Origin: Eledone cirrhosa
Lineage: Eukaryota
Length of the DNA stretch: 64,000 nucleotides
Assembly: GCA_964016885.1 (NCBI GenBank)
Contig: OZ024741.1
Span: 97,278,001 to 97,342,000 of the forward strand
Reading direction: 5' to 3'
In this document: positions 29,181-43,900 of the stretch, one piece after another
Layout of the letters: each line of letters starts with the position of its first letter
Numbering within the stretch: position 1 is the stretch's first letter
The notes under the pieces: model-generated
Seen by the model: only the letters and a program-made list of their open reading frames with translations
The model's database searches: none
What the model was told of the DNA's origin: nothing
Made by a program: the position numbers and the translations under genes

Positions 29181-29746
29181 AATTAAAGTATAGAAATTGT
29201 TGTGAGCGTGAAGCCAACATTATTTCATAATATATAAGTGACTATAACGTCAAAATGGAAAAATAGTTAACGTAAGATGTGGGAAAATAATTCAAACTCA
29301 ATTCAAAGAAATTCAAGACACAGATTAATCCATAGAATTTTATGAAATTCAGGGAAAAATCAATAGAGCCTTAACTCAGAATAAAATAAAGTTTAAATAC
29401 TCATCCTTCAATTTGGAAAGACTACAAATGTTCTGTATAGTCTTAAAAAAGACTATTTCGCGAAACTTTCAGTGGGGATGGTCATGGTTGGAATCGTTCA
29501 TCAACAGAGCTCAAAACACGATAACCCTAAAACCACTGTAGAATATGCCAAAAAGGGAATTTAAAGACAGGCTAGTTCACCTCGTACGTAATTATGAAAA
29601 ATAAACGCATATGGAGAGACATGCCTGGTGACGTCAGATTAAGACGAATGTATGTTTGCATGAAACAACAGTCAAGACATTCCGAAAAAAACTCTACAAG
29701 TGTAAGGATTTCAGCAAAAATAAATATATATATATATATATATATA

Positions 29747-29982
29747 ATGTAGGAGGTGAGTTTTATTGTAGTACAATAAAGCAATGCAGATATCGGAGTA
29801 TGCATAATATAAGATCAAAAGATGGTTAAAGGATGGTTAAATTCATAATATAAGATCAAAAGATGGTTAAATTCTCCTGTTTTATCTGATGAAAACACAA
29901 ATATTATTGTTTGATGATGTTTGTTTTTGAAATGCGCATAATAAAATATATTGAACTCCTTTAACCATCTTTTGATCTTATA

Positions 29983-29985
<3 letters not shown>
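29747..29985 (+). mobile_element. Mini hammerhead cassette with duplicated inverted termini, in (TA)n
   Basis: ttttat CTGATGA (stem II) GAA ATGCGCAT A ataaaa at 29880-29946. ATAAGATCAAAAGATGGTTAA occurs twice upstream and is inverted at about 29961-29981. Confidence 0.75.
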
Positions 29986-30041
<56 letters not shown>

Positions 30042-30082
30042 TATATATATATATAAACATATATATACATATATATATATAC

Positions 30083-30124
<42 letters not shown>

Positions 30125-30230
30125 TTATTTATTAAAACAACAGATTAAAGATTAAGCAAAAATCGCTGCTTTCGATCTTAACGTGATCTTCAGATACTAA
30201 AAAAACTTAATCTGTGAACGCAGAAGTAAA

Positions 30231-30274
<44 letters not shown>

Positions 30275-30808
30275 TACGTGTGTGTGAATGTGTTTTTATG
30301 TATATATATGTGTGTATGTGTTTACATATATATGCTAATATACACATACACACTTACACGCACGCACTCACAATTATACATACGTAGTCTCATACATTTG
30401 TGTTTGTGGATAACCATGCTTTAGCATGTGTGTGGTTGTTAGTTTCGTGGGTTTGCTTGTATGTAAGTTAGGTTTGTAATTGCATTATAGAAAATTGCAA
30501 TGGATGAGGGAGTGGTGTAATTATGTTTCCTTAGAGCGGTTTAATTGGAAAATATCTTATATAGAAATGTATGAACGGCATTCTCGGTATACTTTACTGT
30601 TTAATATATTTTCGCCACACATTCCAATATATCGCCATCTCAGTCTGTTTTTGTTTATGCTGAAGTACTTGCTAACATATTTCACTTAGTTGAATATCAT
30701 TATTTTATTTAATGTATATATATTTATGTGTGTGTATGTATTTATGTATGTATACACACATACACACACACACACACAAACATGCACGCACACACAAACA
30801 CACACATG

Positions 30809-30842
<34 letters not shown>

Positions 30843-31070
30843 TACATACATAATAAAATGTTATTAAAGGATATTCCCCTCAGTTCATATCTATCCATCT
30901 ATCTCCCAAGTATCATAGGAATCTGCGATTTTGTCTTTCTCTATCGCTCTATTTAAATCTATACGTAAGTAATATAGTGTGATTTGACCATGCACACGCC
31001 TCACACAAAGCACCCATCAGAGCCTCATGGGTGTCTATTGTTTCAAATTCTCCTCTGTTTTTCCCTACAG

Positions 31071-31235
31071 GTACTCGGAAATGAAAATCACCACATCCTT
31101 AGCAAATCGAATTAGGCATTTAAAAGATAAAAGCATCCCCCATATAATAACATTGAGATACTTTATGTTTTCCAGACCTTACATTCACTGACCAAAGAGC
31201 GATTCCGTCTGCCTACGAGAAAAAATTGTATAGGC
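31071..31235 (+). pseudogene. Degenerate Naiad-type GIY-YIG C-terminal fragment
   Basis: TTSLANRIRHLKDKSIPH...RPY...VCLREK parallels STKLASHVWSNKDSSIDY...KPY...LCIYER of ORF 13657..14169. Confidence 0.55.
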
Positions 31236-31964
31236 ATTGATTTCATTGAACAAATCGCCGAATTCGAAAATGGGATCTCTATGTGGAGCTTACATTCAAG
31301 GACATATTTATTTTCATCAGGGAAATATTACAACCTGGATATCCAATCTTTACAAACAAAAGAACTTTATGCAATTTAATTCCATCACACTAGCAAACTA
31401 CTCCGCATAGAAATTTTTCAAACCTACCCTAACAGTGGTAGTGTGTTATATGTTTTGTTTAAGAAGTATTGTTATATAGAACTACTACAAATATGTTAAC
31501 AGAGACACAGAAATCACATAAAATCACATGATCTCATTATTAAGTAATAGTCGATTCACTTAGAAAACAAACGAATATATTCCGATTATGTTACATTTAC
31601 ACACACGATTTCACCACAAGATCTCATTGAAGCCTGACGAATTAGTCCTACGCGTACAGTGCTGCATGATGCATTCTGCACCAAAAGCAGAATCGACAGA
31701 TATCTTCGACCTTGAACTTAACCTAGTGTAATACATGTTACGTCTAGGAAATATAATAAATTAGCTCTTTTTCACTTGATAGAACGCTCTTTTCAATTTC
31801 CCTTATCTCGGACATTTCCGCCGAACATACATCCATACATACATACATAGACACACATACACACACACACACACATATATAATACATGTGAGTGTATGTG
31901 TGTGACTGTGTGCGTGTATGTGTCTGTGCCTGTGTGTGCGTATGTGTGTATCTCTGTGTGTGTG

Positions 31965-32011
<47 letters not shown>

Positions 32012-32842
32012 TTGCTTGTGCTTGTGTCTTCTGAAATTCGATCTACTAAATTCCATTCACAGTTCTCTCGGGCCTGATCCCAGAATCATGTAGATGCGAA
32101 CTCTAACCCTATAGTTATACCTGCAGCTATATATATAATTTTCCATAATTTTACGTGATTATATAATGCATCAAGCAGACCTTTCATTTATGAAAGAAAC
32201 TTTTAATTAGTCACTCAAATGCAACGCATAATACCTCGAATTTCGGGTGCCTACACATTCTTCCAGTTAATATTTTACGAATAGAAGATTTGTTGTACAA
32301 TTGAAAGACAAGATAGTAAATGATCTAAGGTTTACTAGATGTATGATAGTGACAGCATTACTGATGTTGAATCTATTGTCAGCATGGTTTCTTCTACAGT
32401 GCAATGTTCTGAAGCAGGATAATAGTTTATTTTTCTAATCTCTAAAATATGCAATATTTCTATCAATAGCTATTAGAATATATATCTCGACATAACAGTG
32501 GATCATAAGCTTCAGTTACGCGATTACATGGAACACAGAATAGATGTTTTCATGCTGTTCTGTTATGAGGTACCTATGTTTACAAAGTGAGAACATCTCA
32601 AAAGGCGGAGGGAGAAATTACCACGTGATACACTGGTCAAGAATGGGAAGTGAATCACTTGTAGTAAGTGATTCGGGACTTTGAAGAAAAAATAGGTATA
32701 TATCTGTGTCTATTACTTCTTATTATATAATTTGTTGTATAGCTCTGATATCGAGTCAAATTTAATTATTTCGATTATTTTGTCTCTCATAATTATAGAG
32801 CAATATAGGTTAAGGTCGACACCAAACACACTTACATGCTTG

Positions 32843-32902
<60 letters not shown>

Positions 32903-32906
<4 letters not shown>

Positions 32907-33078
32907 GAGATATATTTAATTTAAGACTTTTTATAACTGATATAAAGCACTCAACAATTTAGTGGAGTAAATATACAATATATTAATAAATGGAAACTAT
33001 ATTTATAAAACCATATTTATAAAACCACTTTATAAAACCAAATATGATTTTATAAATATAGTTTCCATTTATTAATAT

Positions 33079-33085
<7 letters not shown>
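32903..33085 (-). repeat. AT-rich fold-back mini-element between (TA)n tracts
   Basis: About 32972-33018 is inverted to 33040-33086; the left tail has GCACTCAA. Confidence 0.75.
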
Positions 33086-33124
<39 letters not shown>

Positions 33125-33131
<7 letters not shown>

Positions 33132-33736
33132 GTGAGGTTTTTTTTTACAAAATGAAAAATAACCGAGGTGTCCTACACGAGTGGAAGTATAAAGAAAAAG
33201 GGATGAAATCGAAAATGCAACTGAAGTCTTATTTTTTAAAAAAATATATATATTTATTTGGTTCCTTTACCGGTTTCGCAGTTCTTCTGCTTTTCAAAAG
33301 GTGAGTTGAGATGGAGGGTCTGTGGTTTTTCTCACATCTGGTTGGTCTCTAAATTTTACTTGTTTTATATGGAAAAAGTGGCTCGAAAGCCAGGTTTTTC
33401 GAGAAGTAATTTGATTGGTTTGTCAATAATTATAATAAATTTCGCGCCAGTTCGCGTTACAATAGTTCTTCAAATAAGAGAGGGGGGGTTGTCACAGGTT
33501 GTTTTTTCATATATGAGTGTTTCTCGAAAAACCTGGCTTTCGAGCCACTTTTTCCATATAAAACAAGTAACATTTAGAGACCAACCAGATGTGAGAAAAA
33601 CCACAGACCCTCCATCTCAACTCACCTTTTGAAAAGCAGAAGAACTGCGAAACCGGTAAAGGAACCAAATAAATATATATATTTAAAAAAAAAATAAGAC
33701 TTCAGTTGCATTTTCGATTTCATCCCTTTTTCTTTA
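33125..33736 (-). mobile_element. Non-coding fold-back pLTR element (family of 50.1-52.0 kb) with U3-A8 hammerheads
   Basis: About 33188-33403 is inverted to 33522-33736. Hammerheads at 33264-33301 (-) and 33625-33662 (+). TA flanks. Confidence 0.88.
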
Positions 33737-33819
33737 TATATATATATATATATATATGTAGATAGATCTACCAAGAGTTTACGGTAGTGTCCAATCCGTA
33801 TGAAGAACTCAATGTAATC

Positions 33820-33873
<54 letters not shown>

Positions 33874-34440
33874 TTTTCTACGTATGTATGTATATGTGTG
33901 TCTCTCATTATCGTATTGTCTCAAAATCCCTTACGGTTGAGTTAACCCGAAAGTATAGTAACTACTTCTATACTCGCTTTCAGTCCACCTTACTACCCGC
34001 CTGTAACCTCTGTATCATGTATTAATTTCTTCCTCCGCCTTTTGAGTTATTTCTCCCTCGTTACAGGGTACTCAGTTGCCTTCCTTGACCGGTGTATCAC
34101 GTGGTAATTTCTCCCTCCGACTTTTGAGATGTTCTCATTGCTACGAACGTGTCAGGAAAGCGTTCTTTCCCTGAGGAGTTTCTTGAAAAACTGGTGTGCC
34201 TCACAACAATATTGCACATCTGTAATATACAATTGTTGCAAACTGATCAACGAAACTGTACAGTCGGGACTTTGAAGAAAAAATAGGTATATATCTGTGT
34301 CTATTACTTCTTATTTTATAATTTGTTGTATAGCTCTGATATCGAGTCAGATTAATTATTTCGAGTATTATGTCTCTCGTAATCATAGAGCGAAACAGGT
34401 TAAGGTCGACACCACACGCATGTATATGTGTGTCTCTCAC

Positions 34441-34614
34441 TATCGGTAGAGGGTTGGACGCCATGCTTTGACGCATTGAGTTACGGCCCCTGCCATTCTG
34501 AGTTCAAATCCTGCCGAGGTTAACTTTACCTTTCATCCTTACGACGTCGATAAAATAAAGTACCAGTAATACACTGGGTTATTTGTGGCCTTGTGCCAAA
34601 AGTAGAAACAATTA
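34441..34614 (+). mobile_element. tRNA-derived SINE, main family, 5'-clipped
   Basis: Matches 24351-24540. Confidence 0.85.
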
Positions 34615-34699
34615 TGATATATATATATAAGTATGTATACGTACATGCATATATGTATACAGACGTACAGTAGCATGTATATATATATATACATACATC

Positions 34700-34738
<39 letters not shown>

Positions 34739-35305
34739 GTATGGATTCACCAAACATTTATTATAATGCTTGGTGTGTTTGTAAACAAACATCCCGTATT
34801 AAGCCGTAGTGTCTAGCAACCGCCGTTGCTTGTTTGTTCAACACTGACAAAGGAACGCTGTACTAGTTTCAAGCTTATTAGCTATCGTCAGTAACGAATA
34901 CCTTCCTGACAGATAGTTGAACGTCCGAAAGTATATACTTTCCTTATGCATATTAACGGCTGAGCAGCCTAATTTGCATATCGAGTGGGTTAATCGGCCT
35001 GGTGCACCGAAAACGATAAACGGAAAAAATGAAACGAAATTTCATTTCCCACTCTTAGTATATATAAATATATTGAATCATCAAACTGAAGAGAAGAACA
35101 GATCGACAAATATATATATATATATACATTTATAAGCAAATATTAAGACAAACGATAAAGTTTCTTTTTAATGTATTCAGACATTTATTGTATATCGATC
35201 TCTTAAGCGCATTTCGCCGAGGATTGTCTGAAAGTCACCCATAGATGTTATGGACCCGACTCATTTGTCGATCTGTTCTTCTCTTCAGTTTGATGATTCA
35301 ATATA

Positions 35306-36057
<752 letters not shown>

Positions 36058-36078
36058 ATAAATATATCCTTCTCTCTC

Positions 36079-36209
<131 letters not shown>

Positions 36210-36240
36210 TATATATATATACAGAGAGAGAGAAGGAGCT

Positions 36241-36275
<35 letters not shown>

Positions 36276-36889
36276 ATAACATATATGTATGTTTGTATGA
36301 GGGCTTGTAAGTAGGAAACATATTTAAAATTAGTTGACACACCGATAGTTGGAAAGACGAACTGGTACATATATTTAATCAGACACTCAGACTCAAGAAA
36401 ATAATTCTTGGATCGTGGCATTCTTTCTACAATGATATTTCTGATAAGTGACATGCAATGTAACATTATACAGCTAAATACATTCTAAGGAAGAAACAGA
36501 ACACCGAACTATATGATACTACATATACAAAGAGAAGACAGCAGGTGGGACTTGTGTTTAAAACACATGAACATTAATATGAAAAAATGGTTAATTAAAA
36601 TCTAATGATTACTAAATCTGGAGAAATTCAATCAAATTCGCAATAACATTCTAGGGGAGAAGTAATATATAAGAAACTTTCTAACTCAATACTTCAGTTT
36701 ATATAAATTACATGTTAAGTGAACAATTCAAAAGATTTTTCTTTAGGAAGTTATTAGCCTGAAAGGTGTTTATATGAGTAAAAAAGATGAAATACATTTC
36801 GCTGTATAAGGTTCTACACATATAAGTACACATAAGTACACATAAGTACACATACAGTCACGAGCACATCCAGTCACACACACACACAC

Positions 36890-36949
<60 letters not shown>

Positions 36950-36954
<5 letters not shown>

Positions 36955-37565
36955 GATAAGCAGAACAAGCAAAATTCAACCAATTTTTTAAAATAAATAA
37001 AAAAATATAATTTAAATATTTACCTATTCTTTTGGCCCTTACCGATCGGTTTCGCTTTGTAAAACACCAGAAATGCAATGGATTTCCAATGGAAAATCAA
37101 AGCTCATCAGAGAAGCATTTTCCTTTCCTAGGGCTAAAGTAGTAACGAGATTGACAACACGTCTATGCTTTTCCCGCTTTCACCTCGGGCAGTTCACGTA
37201 CGGGTCATTTTTCGGCCTTTTGGATCTGTGCTAGCTGGCAGATAACAATCTATTTTATCGTTCCTGGGTCTTTAGCCCTAGGAAAGGAAAATGCTTCTCT
37301 GATGAGCTTTGATTTTCCATTGGAAATCCATTGGATTTCTGGTGTTTTACAAAGCGAAACCGATCGGTAAGGGCCAAAAGAATAGGTAATTATTTAAATT
37401 ATATTTTTTAATTTATTTTAAAATATTGGTTGAATTTTGCTTGTTCTGCTTATCTTAATATTATAGTTCTGGTATGTCAAATTAATACCATAGAACAACC
37501 TTAAATCATAGAAAACCTATATATTTCCAGGGGTACTTAGTACCCACGGGCATATTAACTTCTTC

Positions 37566-37569
<4 letters not shown>
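36950..37569 (+). mobile_element. Non-coding fold-back pLTR element with hammerheads, in (TA)n
   Basis: 36950-37139 is inverted to 37270-37461. CTGATGA gctttg...caaagc GAAAC CGATCG GTA at 37293-37374. Tail GGGTACTTAGTACCC. Confidence 0.87.
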
Positions 37570-37601
<32 letters not shown>

Positions 37602-37603
<2 letters not shown>

Positions 37604-37975
37604 TGGCTCCAAACTCTGCTAAGAATATTGCAATCGCTTGTCAGATTACAGAAAATGGAGTACCTTTAGGCTACAGCCAGACACACGAACCTGAACAAGC
37701 AATGCCTGTGCTTTGAAAGTTTTTTTAAGTGGGGAAAGGCCTTGCACTCGACCAATCCCACTCTCTAAAACACTACCCGAAAAAGAGAACTGGTCAACAT
37801 CATCGGATGCTTCCAAACCCGCAGGTTGTTTTTTTCAGAGTTTCTCTCTCCGAGAAAGGTGTTGTGACAACAACTGGAGGCCTTTCAGTCCCAGGTGAAA
37901 AAAAGATGGCCGTTGACTCTCTTGAGTTCCTCAGCCATTTGTCGGATCTTGTATTTCACCCGCAGGGTGTCCAAA
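37602..37975 (-). mobile_element. Diverged relative of the RTE-derived bipartite element
   Basis: GGTGGCT start, AGCAATGCCTGTGC, CAGAGTTT and GGCCGTTGACTCT landmarks are collinear with 35451-35945. Confidence 0.6.
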
Positions 37976-38559
37976 TACTAATTTTATTCATATGTAACCC
38001 ATGTGCAACCACGCAGCACTGCATTTTTCTCATATTTATATTTTTTCCTCAGCTGCGATTGTCTGTTTCTTTCTTACTGCTTCCCTTCTCTCTGTATCTC
38101 TCACTTTCTTTTTACCCCCACTGCCAGTCACACTTTCTCGGCTGGCCTCTTCCGCACACTTCCACTCTCTCACTCTCTGCTTCGCCCCCTCTCTCACTTC
38201 CTCCCGTTTGACCTGTGTGAAATCCTTTTCTCGCTCACATCTCACACATGTCGGATGGTCTGTATCTCTCGTCCATGAATTCACCAAGCTTAACCTGACA
38301 TATTATGTACTTGTCTCTTCCATTCTTTCCGTTGCAATACCATCGTTGTTTGTTTACATATCTCGCTCGTTTCACCCTATTGTACTTGTCCCAATAACTG
38401 TATTTAGTTATTGATTGCTCGCACCAACCAGAGGTATATGAGTTTTAAAGCGATGAAATACCAATGAAAGTTGGAAGATCACTGATGAAGGACTAATTTT
38501 ATTCATATGTAACCCATGTGCAACCACGCAGCACTCCATTTTCTTATATATATATATAA

Positions 38560-38649
<90 letters not shown>

Positions 38650-38653
<4 letters not shown>

Positions 38654-38930
38654 ATTCTGTGGGAGACACAAGATGGTTTAGGACAGAACAAAGGACAGAC
38701 ACAAAATAAGAAATAATTCACTAAAGAGATCAAAGAATGTGTGGACGAAAGTGCATACACAATAAGTAAATAACTATCCGGTTATTGAACCAACCAACCG
38801 GACGTTTATAATAAATTGAAGTGAAAACCAACAGGTCCGTATGTTTTTATTGACAGCATGACACTCCCAAAGTATGTTCCAGCATAGATTTTTAAATAAG
38901 AAATCATGCAAAACAAATAACAAAAAAAGA
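38650..38930 (+). mobile_element. Degenerate solo pLTR of the Neptune-like family
   Basis: TAGGACAGAACAAAGGA, GACGAAAG, AACCAACCAACC, ATAAATTGAAGTGAAAAC and CTCCCAAAGTAT are collinear with 49680-49990. Confidence 0.75.
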
Positions 38931-38948
38931 TGTATATATAAATGTACT

Positions 38949-39082
<134 letters not shown>

Positions 39083-39377
39083 GAGCTATAGTCCGCTACT
39101 CCTAGAAATCAAACCAATAAATGACAAACATTAACAGTCTCCCCAATAAACAAATCAATTGAGCAACTCAAATATATTCACCTATACAACAAAAATCAAA
39201 ATAATCCCGAAATTAAATAAGAAATTACAGAATTCTGCTGGAAAATGTGGCAAGCTGAATATTTTTTAGACAATGATAATGATGATGTATCAGTATTTAG
39301 TAATAAAAGTGATTGGTGACAAACGATAAATGGATTAAAACGCTAGATGCCTACTGTGAACACATTATGTATCTTTA

Positions 39378-39568
39378 GGAGGTGGATTGACGCTATCGGT
39401 AGAGGGTCGGACGCCATGCTTTGACGCATAGTGTTACGGCCCTTGCCATTCTGAGTTCAAATCCCGCTGAGGTTAACTTTGCCTTTCATCCTTACGGGGT
39501 CGATAAAATAAAGTACCAGTAACGCTCTGGGTAATTGCTGGCCTTGTGCCAAAAGTAGAAACAATTAT
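39378..39568 (+). mobile_element. tRNA-derived SINE, main family
   Basis: Matches 24351-24540. Confidence 0.88.
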
Positions 39569-40340
39569 GTATCTTTAGAATGAAACATAAAATCAAATTT
39601 CTCAAAATAACTATGGGCAACTCTAAATGATTTATAAATAGACATTGAAATTAACAATAACATATCACTAAACGTAGCGCGGTGGCTCTCACAGATACAT
39701 ACTACTACACAGAACGTACATTTAAATTGTTAGAAAACGGTAATAGCAATATAAAAATCAAACGACTATAAACAATCTGATAACAAAACTAAATAAGTAT
39801 CGCAAAGGTCTAACAAGTATCATGATTACATAAGTCAATCAAGTTGCAAAAGTAGCAACCAGCAATTTCTATGCCCTTATTAAAAAAACATAAACGCAAC
39901 CTGAAAAATATCAGTTGTAAAAGATCTATAAGCAAATAAATCGAGTTACCAGGTTAGACGATTGCAAATTAAACCAAATATATAGCTGGTCTTGCATGTG
40001 ATACATAGGGTCAGTAAAACACGTACAGATACCAAATGATCTGGACATATTTAAAAGCCAATAAGTCAACATAGAATTACAGTTTCTTTTGACGTGAATT
40101 TATAAACAAATCTCCAGCACCAGTGTGTAATAATTGAAATTAAATATAAGCTATATATATACAAATCTGACCTACCGGCTCACATTAAGACAACATTCAT
40201 GATGGCGGGTTGAGCCCCAGATTCAGAAAACACGCCACTGTCGCAAATAATACATAATTATAAATTTTTGGGCTGAAAACATTCCTCAGTTAGAGAAATT
40301 ATAGTGTACACTATATAGTACGTATGTGTTTTATTGCTGA

Positions 40341-40430
<90 letters not shown>

Positions 40431-41426
40431 AATATATATGTATGAGTGTGTGGGTGTATACATATATATAGATGTGTGTGTATGTATGCAGATCTGTGAG
40501 TTTGTATATTTAGTGGCCACTTTCATCCAATTAAATGAAACAGATTTGTGGTTTAATATTGGAATTAAACAAAATGTATAAGTATATCCGTTATGTTCTT
40601 AATACCACCTTTTGCTTTGTTTTCCTTGACGCCAGAAATGTTTCAAACCCATTATTATTTAGTTTGGAAACTCTTACAAAATTGTTAGTTCGGCGGAATT
40701 AAAAGTACTTGGATATTACGATGTCACGCATTCTATGAGAGTTTTCTATTGAAATCTATATTTAAAATGAATAGCTCGCGTGCAGAATCGCAATATATCG
40801 ACTTAAAAAAGATAAAGGTTTAAACTGACCTTATCAATACGGTTATTCAAAATATCTGATTAGTGATATATTTTTGGAAGTGTTGTATTTAGATATTCCT
40901 GTCGTCTGCAATTTTTATGAAACTGAAAGATTTAACTTTAATAAACTTTCGGTTCTAACTACTCGCAACGCCATGTACCCTGCTCAATTTTACCTTTTAT
41001 ATGATATATAACTATTATATAACGTAATTAGTGTCCATTGCATGTAGTCCAAGAAAATTATAAACATTTAAAAATGAAAATGTATTATTCTTCTTGAACT
41101 AATAATTAAAATTATAATTTTTTAAAACTAATTAATTGAACTAATATTTAAATCTATTATATTTTTAACTAGTATTTATTTCTATTAAATCGAACAAATA
41201 ATATATTTTTAGAAGAGGGAGGATGTGGAATGGTTACATTCAGGTGATTCCCAACAAACAATTTACTTTCAATTATGAATAGTTCCAGATTGCAATATTT
41301 AATTAAAAGGATGTCAACTAAAGAGTTACACCATAGTTACATCACCAGCTGGTGACGGTTGCTTTTGTCAAGACTCATTGGAAGGAATGCCACGACCCTC
41401 TTGGAAATCAGTGGGCGAATAAACAA

Positions 41427-41436
41427 AGAAGAAGAA

Positions 41437-41467
<31 letters not shown>

Positions 41468-41543
41468 AAGAAGAAGAAGAAGAAGAAGAAGAAGAAGAAG
41501 AAGAAGAAGAAGAAGAAGAAGAAGAAGAAGAAGAAGATGATGA
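41427..41543. repeat. (GAA)n microsatellite
   Basis: Read directly. Confidence 0.97.
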
Positions 41544-42037
41544 TTTCGATGCTAATTTTAGAATTGCAAGTAACCCCTCAGAAATGTTCTAAACGTAGCA
41601 GACACATGTTCATCAAATACAACATTACACTACCTGAAGAAAAGGCGAGTCGAACGAATTTAGAACAATGTTAACGTAGTGGTCCTTGGTTATTGCTAAA
41701 ACTCCTTATATTGTCCTATTCGGCATAAAGCTACATTAACAAAACATTCTTACAAAGCACAAGTATGATTAAATGGCATTAAATATTACAGTTCTTAATC
41801 TAATAAAGCATTTTGAATTTTTCTACTAATTCATTATTTGCTGTTAAGATTTAACACTCAAGAGGAAACACTTATTTCTCATTGATATGATTATGCGATA
41901 TACGACTTTCAAATGAAGACGGCTGTCTTCATACATATTATAGTAGAGTGACTTTCCATAGATACGCAACAAGACTATCGCATCATTCTTGACACAAGAG
42001 TGAAATGAATTGCAAATATTTGAATAATTGATTAATA

Positions 42038-42825
42038 TAAGATGTGTGTCAGAAAGGTAACAAGACTTAGTGTACTGTATGAGCGTTGAGTGGGGTTGGA
42101 ATTAACGGTTTGCGTCACGGTGTGGCGTAATATCCCGGAGTTTATAACTGCGATCTCAGTTCTCAGCATCCATTGTATGTTTTTTCACATGCTTTTGTTA
42201 ACCGCTGCACAATTTCAGGCCGTCGAGCCAAGGGCACTGAGTAACGAACCAACATGAAGGTTATCGTCTGGCTGGGTAAACACCGTCAGTAGCATTCGAT
42301 ATACTAGAGGAAATATTCGGAGATGAAACGATATCGTCCACACACGTTTTCAAGTTGCACAAAATGTTCAACGATCTTCAGGTGACTAATTGACTGATCA
42401 CAAGTAAGCTTGACATGAACCGCGACAACGTTTGGAAAAATATCAGCGAAGTGTTGGGCATTCGGAAGATCTGCGCGAAAATGGAAGATTACAAAAAAGA
42501 GTGGTGCATGCAGATATGTCAGGACATCTTCGAGCATCTTGAAACCGAAGCAGAATTTCTGGGGACATTCATCATCGGTGAGGAGTCATGGATCATCGTG
42601 TACAACCAGTCTTCCGAACGTGTACGCCATCACGAGGGTCCCGACGTCGGAAGATCGGAGAATCCCGGGAGAATCCTTCCAGGAGTGTATGAATGCGTGG
42701 AAGAGAAAGATGGGAAACTGCTCCGATAAGGAAAACTTGTAGTTTGTAGTTTTGATTGGATTTGAAACATTTTTCTTTTCTTTTTGCGAAACAAGTGCTG
42801 TTTCTTTTCTGAAAACCCTCGTGTA
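42038..42825 (+). mobile_element. Internally deleted mariner relic
   Basis: LG.RKICAK, IIGEESWI (ITGDESW motif) and FQECM.AWK.R...C fragments. Degenerate TIR-like ends near 42038-42067 and 42794-42825. Confidence 0.75.
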
Positions 42826-43374
42826 TATTTTTCATTTATAATGAAATAAAATTAATTCACTCAGTTTTATTTAAATCGACATTATTGACGACTCAACTGT
42901 TGAACTGAAAATATATATTTTAAACAAATAATTATATCAGTTCGAAAATTGTGTAAATGAAGTTAAACAAAATCAGCATTGATTTGTTGAATATGCTCAC
43001 AGCCTAAACTCTCCTCGAATTCATTGCCCAGTGTGTCATATGTTTCTCTCCACATTTTATTTGTAACCATAACATAAATGTCCATAACATATAGGATATA
43101 AAGACCAGCCACAACCAATGTCTGATTAGTTTGATATCATTAACACGTAAGCATGATATATTATATTTCTTCTTAATTAGATTAAATATAAAAGAGATTG
43201 GTTTCCTTATCCATATTTTAAAGATATACAAACGCATACACATACACACACACACAGACACAATTTCATACCTATATCTATACCCACTCTACATCTTCTC
43301 ATGCATTTAGTACTCCCATTATTAGTGATCTCCCTAGTCACAGACCCACAGATCTCTCTGTCTGTCTCTCTCTT

Positions 43375-43418
<44 letters not shown>

Positions 43419-43432
43419 ACTATCTATATATT

Positions 43433-43547
43433 AGTTCAAATCCCGCCGAGGTTAACTTTGTCTTTCATCCTTACGGGGTCGATAAAATAAAGTACCAGTA
43501 ATGTACTGGGTAATGGCTGGCCTTGTGCCTAAAATAGAAACAATTAT
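43433..43547 (+). mobile_element. 5'-truncated tRNA-derived SINE, main family
   Basis: Starts at the B-box GTTCAAATCC. Confidence 0.85.
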
Positions 43548-43705
43548 ATATTAGTTATGTAATAAACAACATAAGATAATTATTTCATCTACCAGTGGTT
43601 TCTGGAAGACAGATGTTGTGTCTCTCTTCAGTCGGCAGAATGAATAAGAAACATGTGTATTTATTCTAAATACTTCATTTATCTTCAATTATCTATCTAC
43701 TTCAT

Positions 43706-43761
<56 letters not shown>

Positions 43762-43900
43762 ATATATATATATATATATATATTTGATATAGAATTGGCT
43801 TCTACAGGAGTAGAACTGTTTCATTCGGGAGAAATCACGTGGTTATCCCCGATTATACCCGAGATAAACTCATATCGATGTCTATCTATTTATCTATCTG

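Noticed and set aside
31050-31192. Strong-looking splice acceptor and an in-frame TGA (possible Sec-Naiad)
   Set aside because: The sequence translates as a decayed GIY-YIG C-terminus, and the TGA is not at a conserved Cys position.
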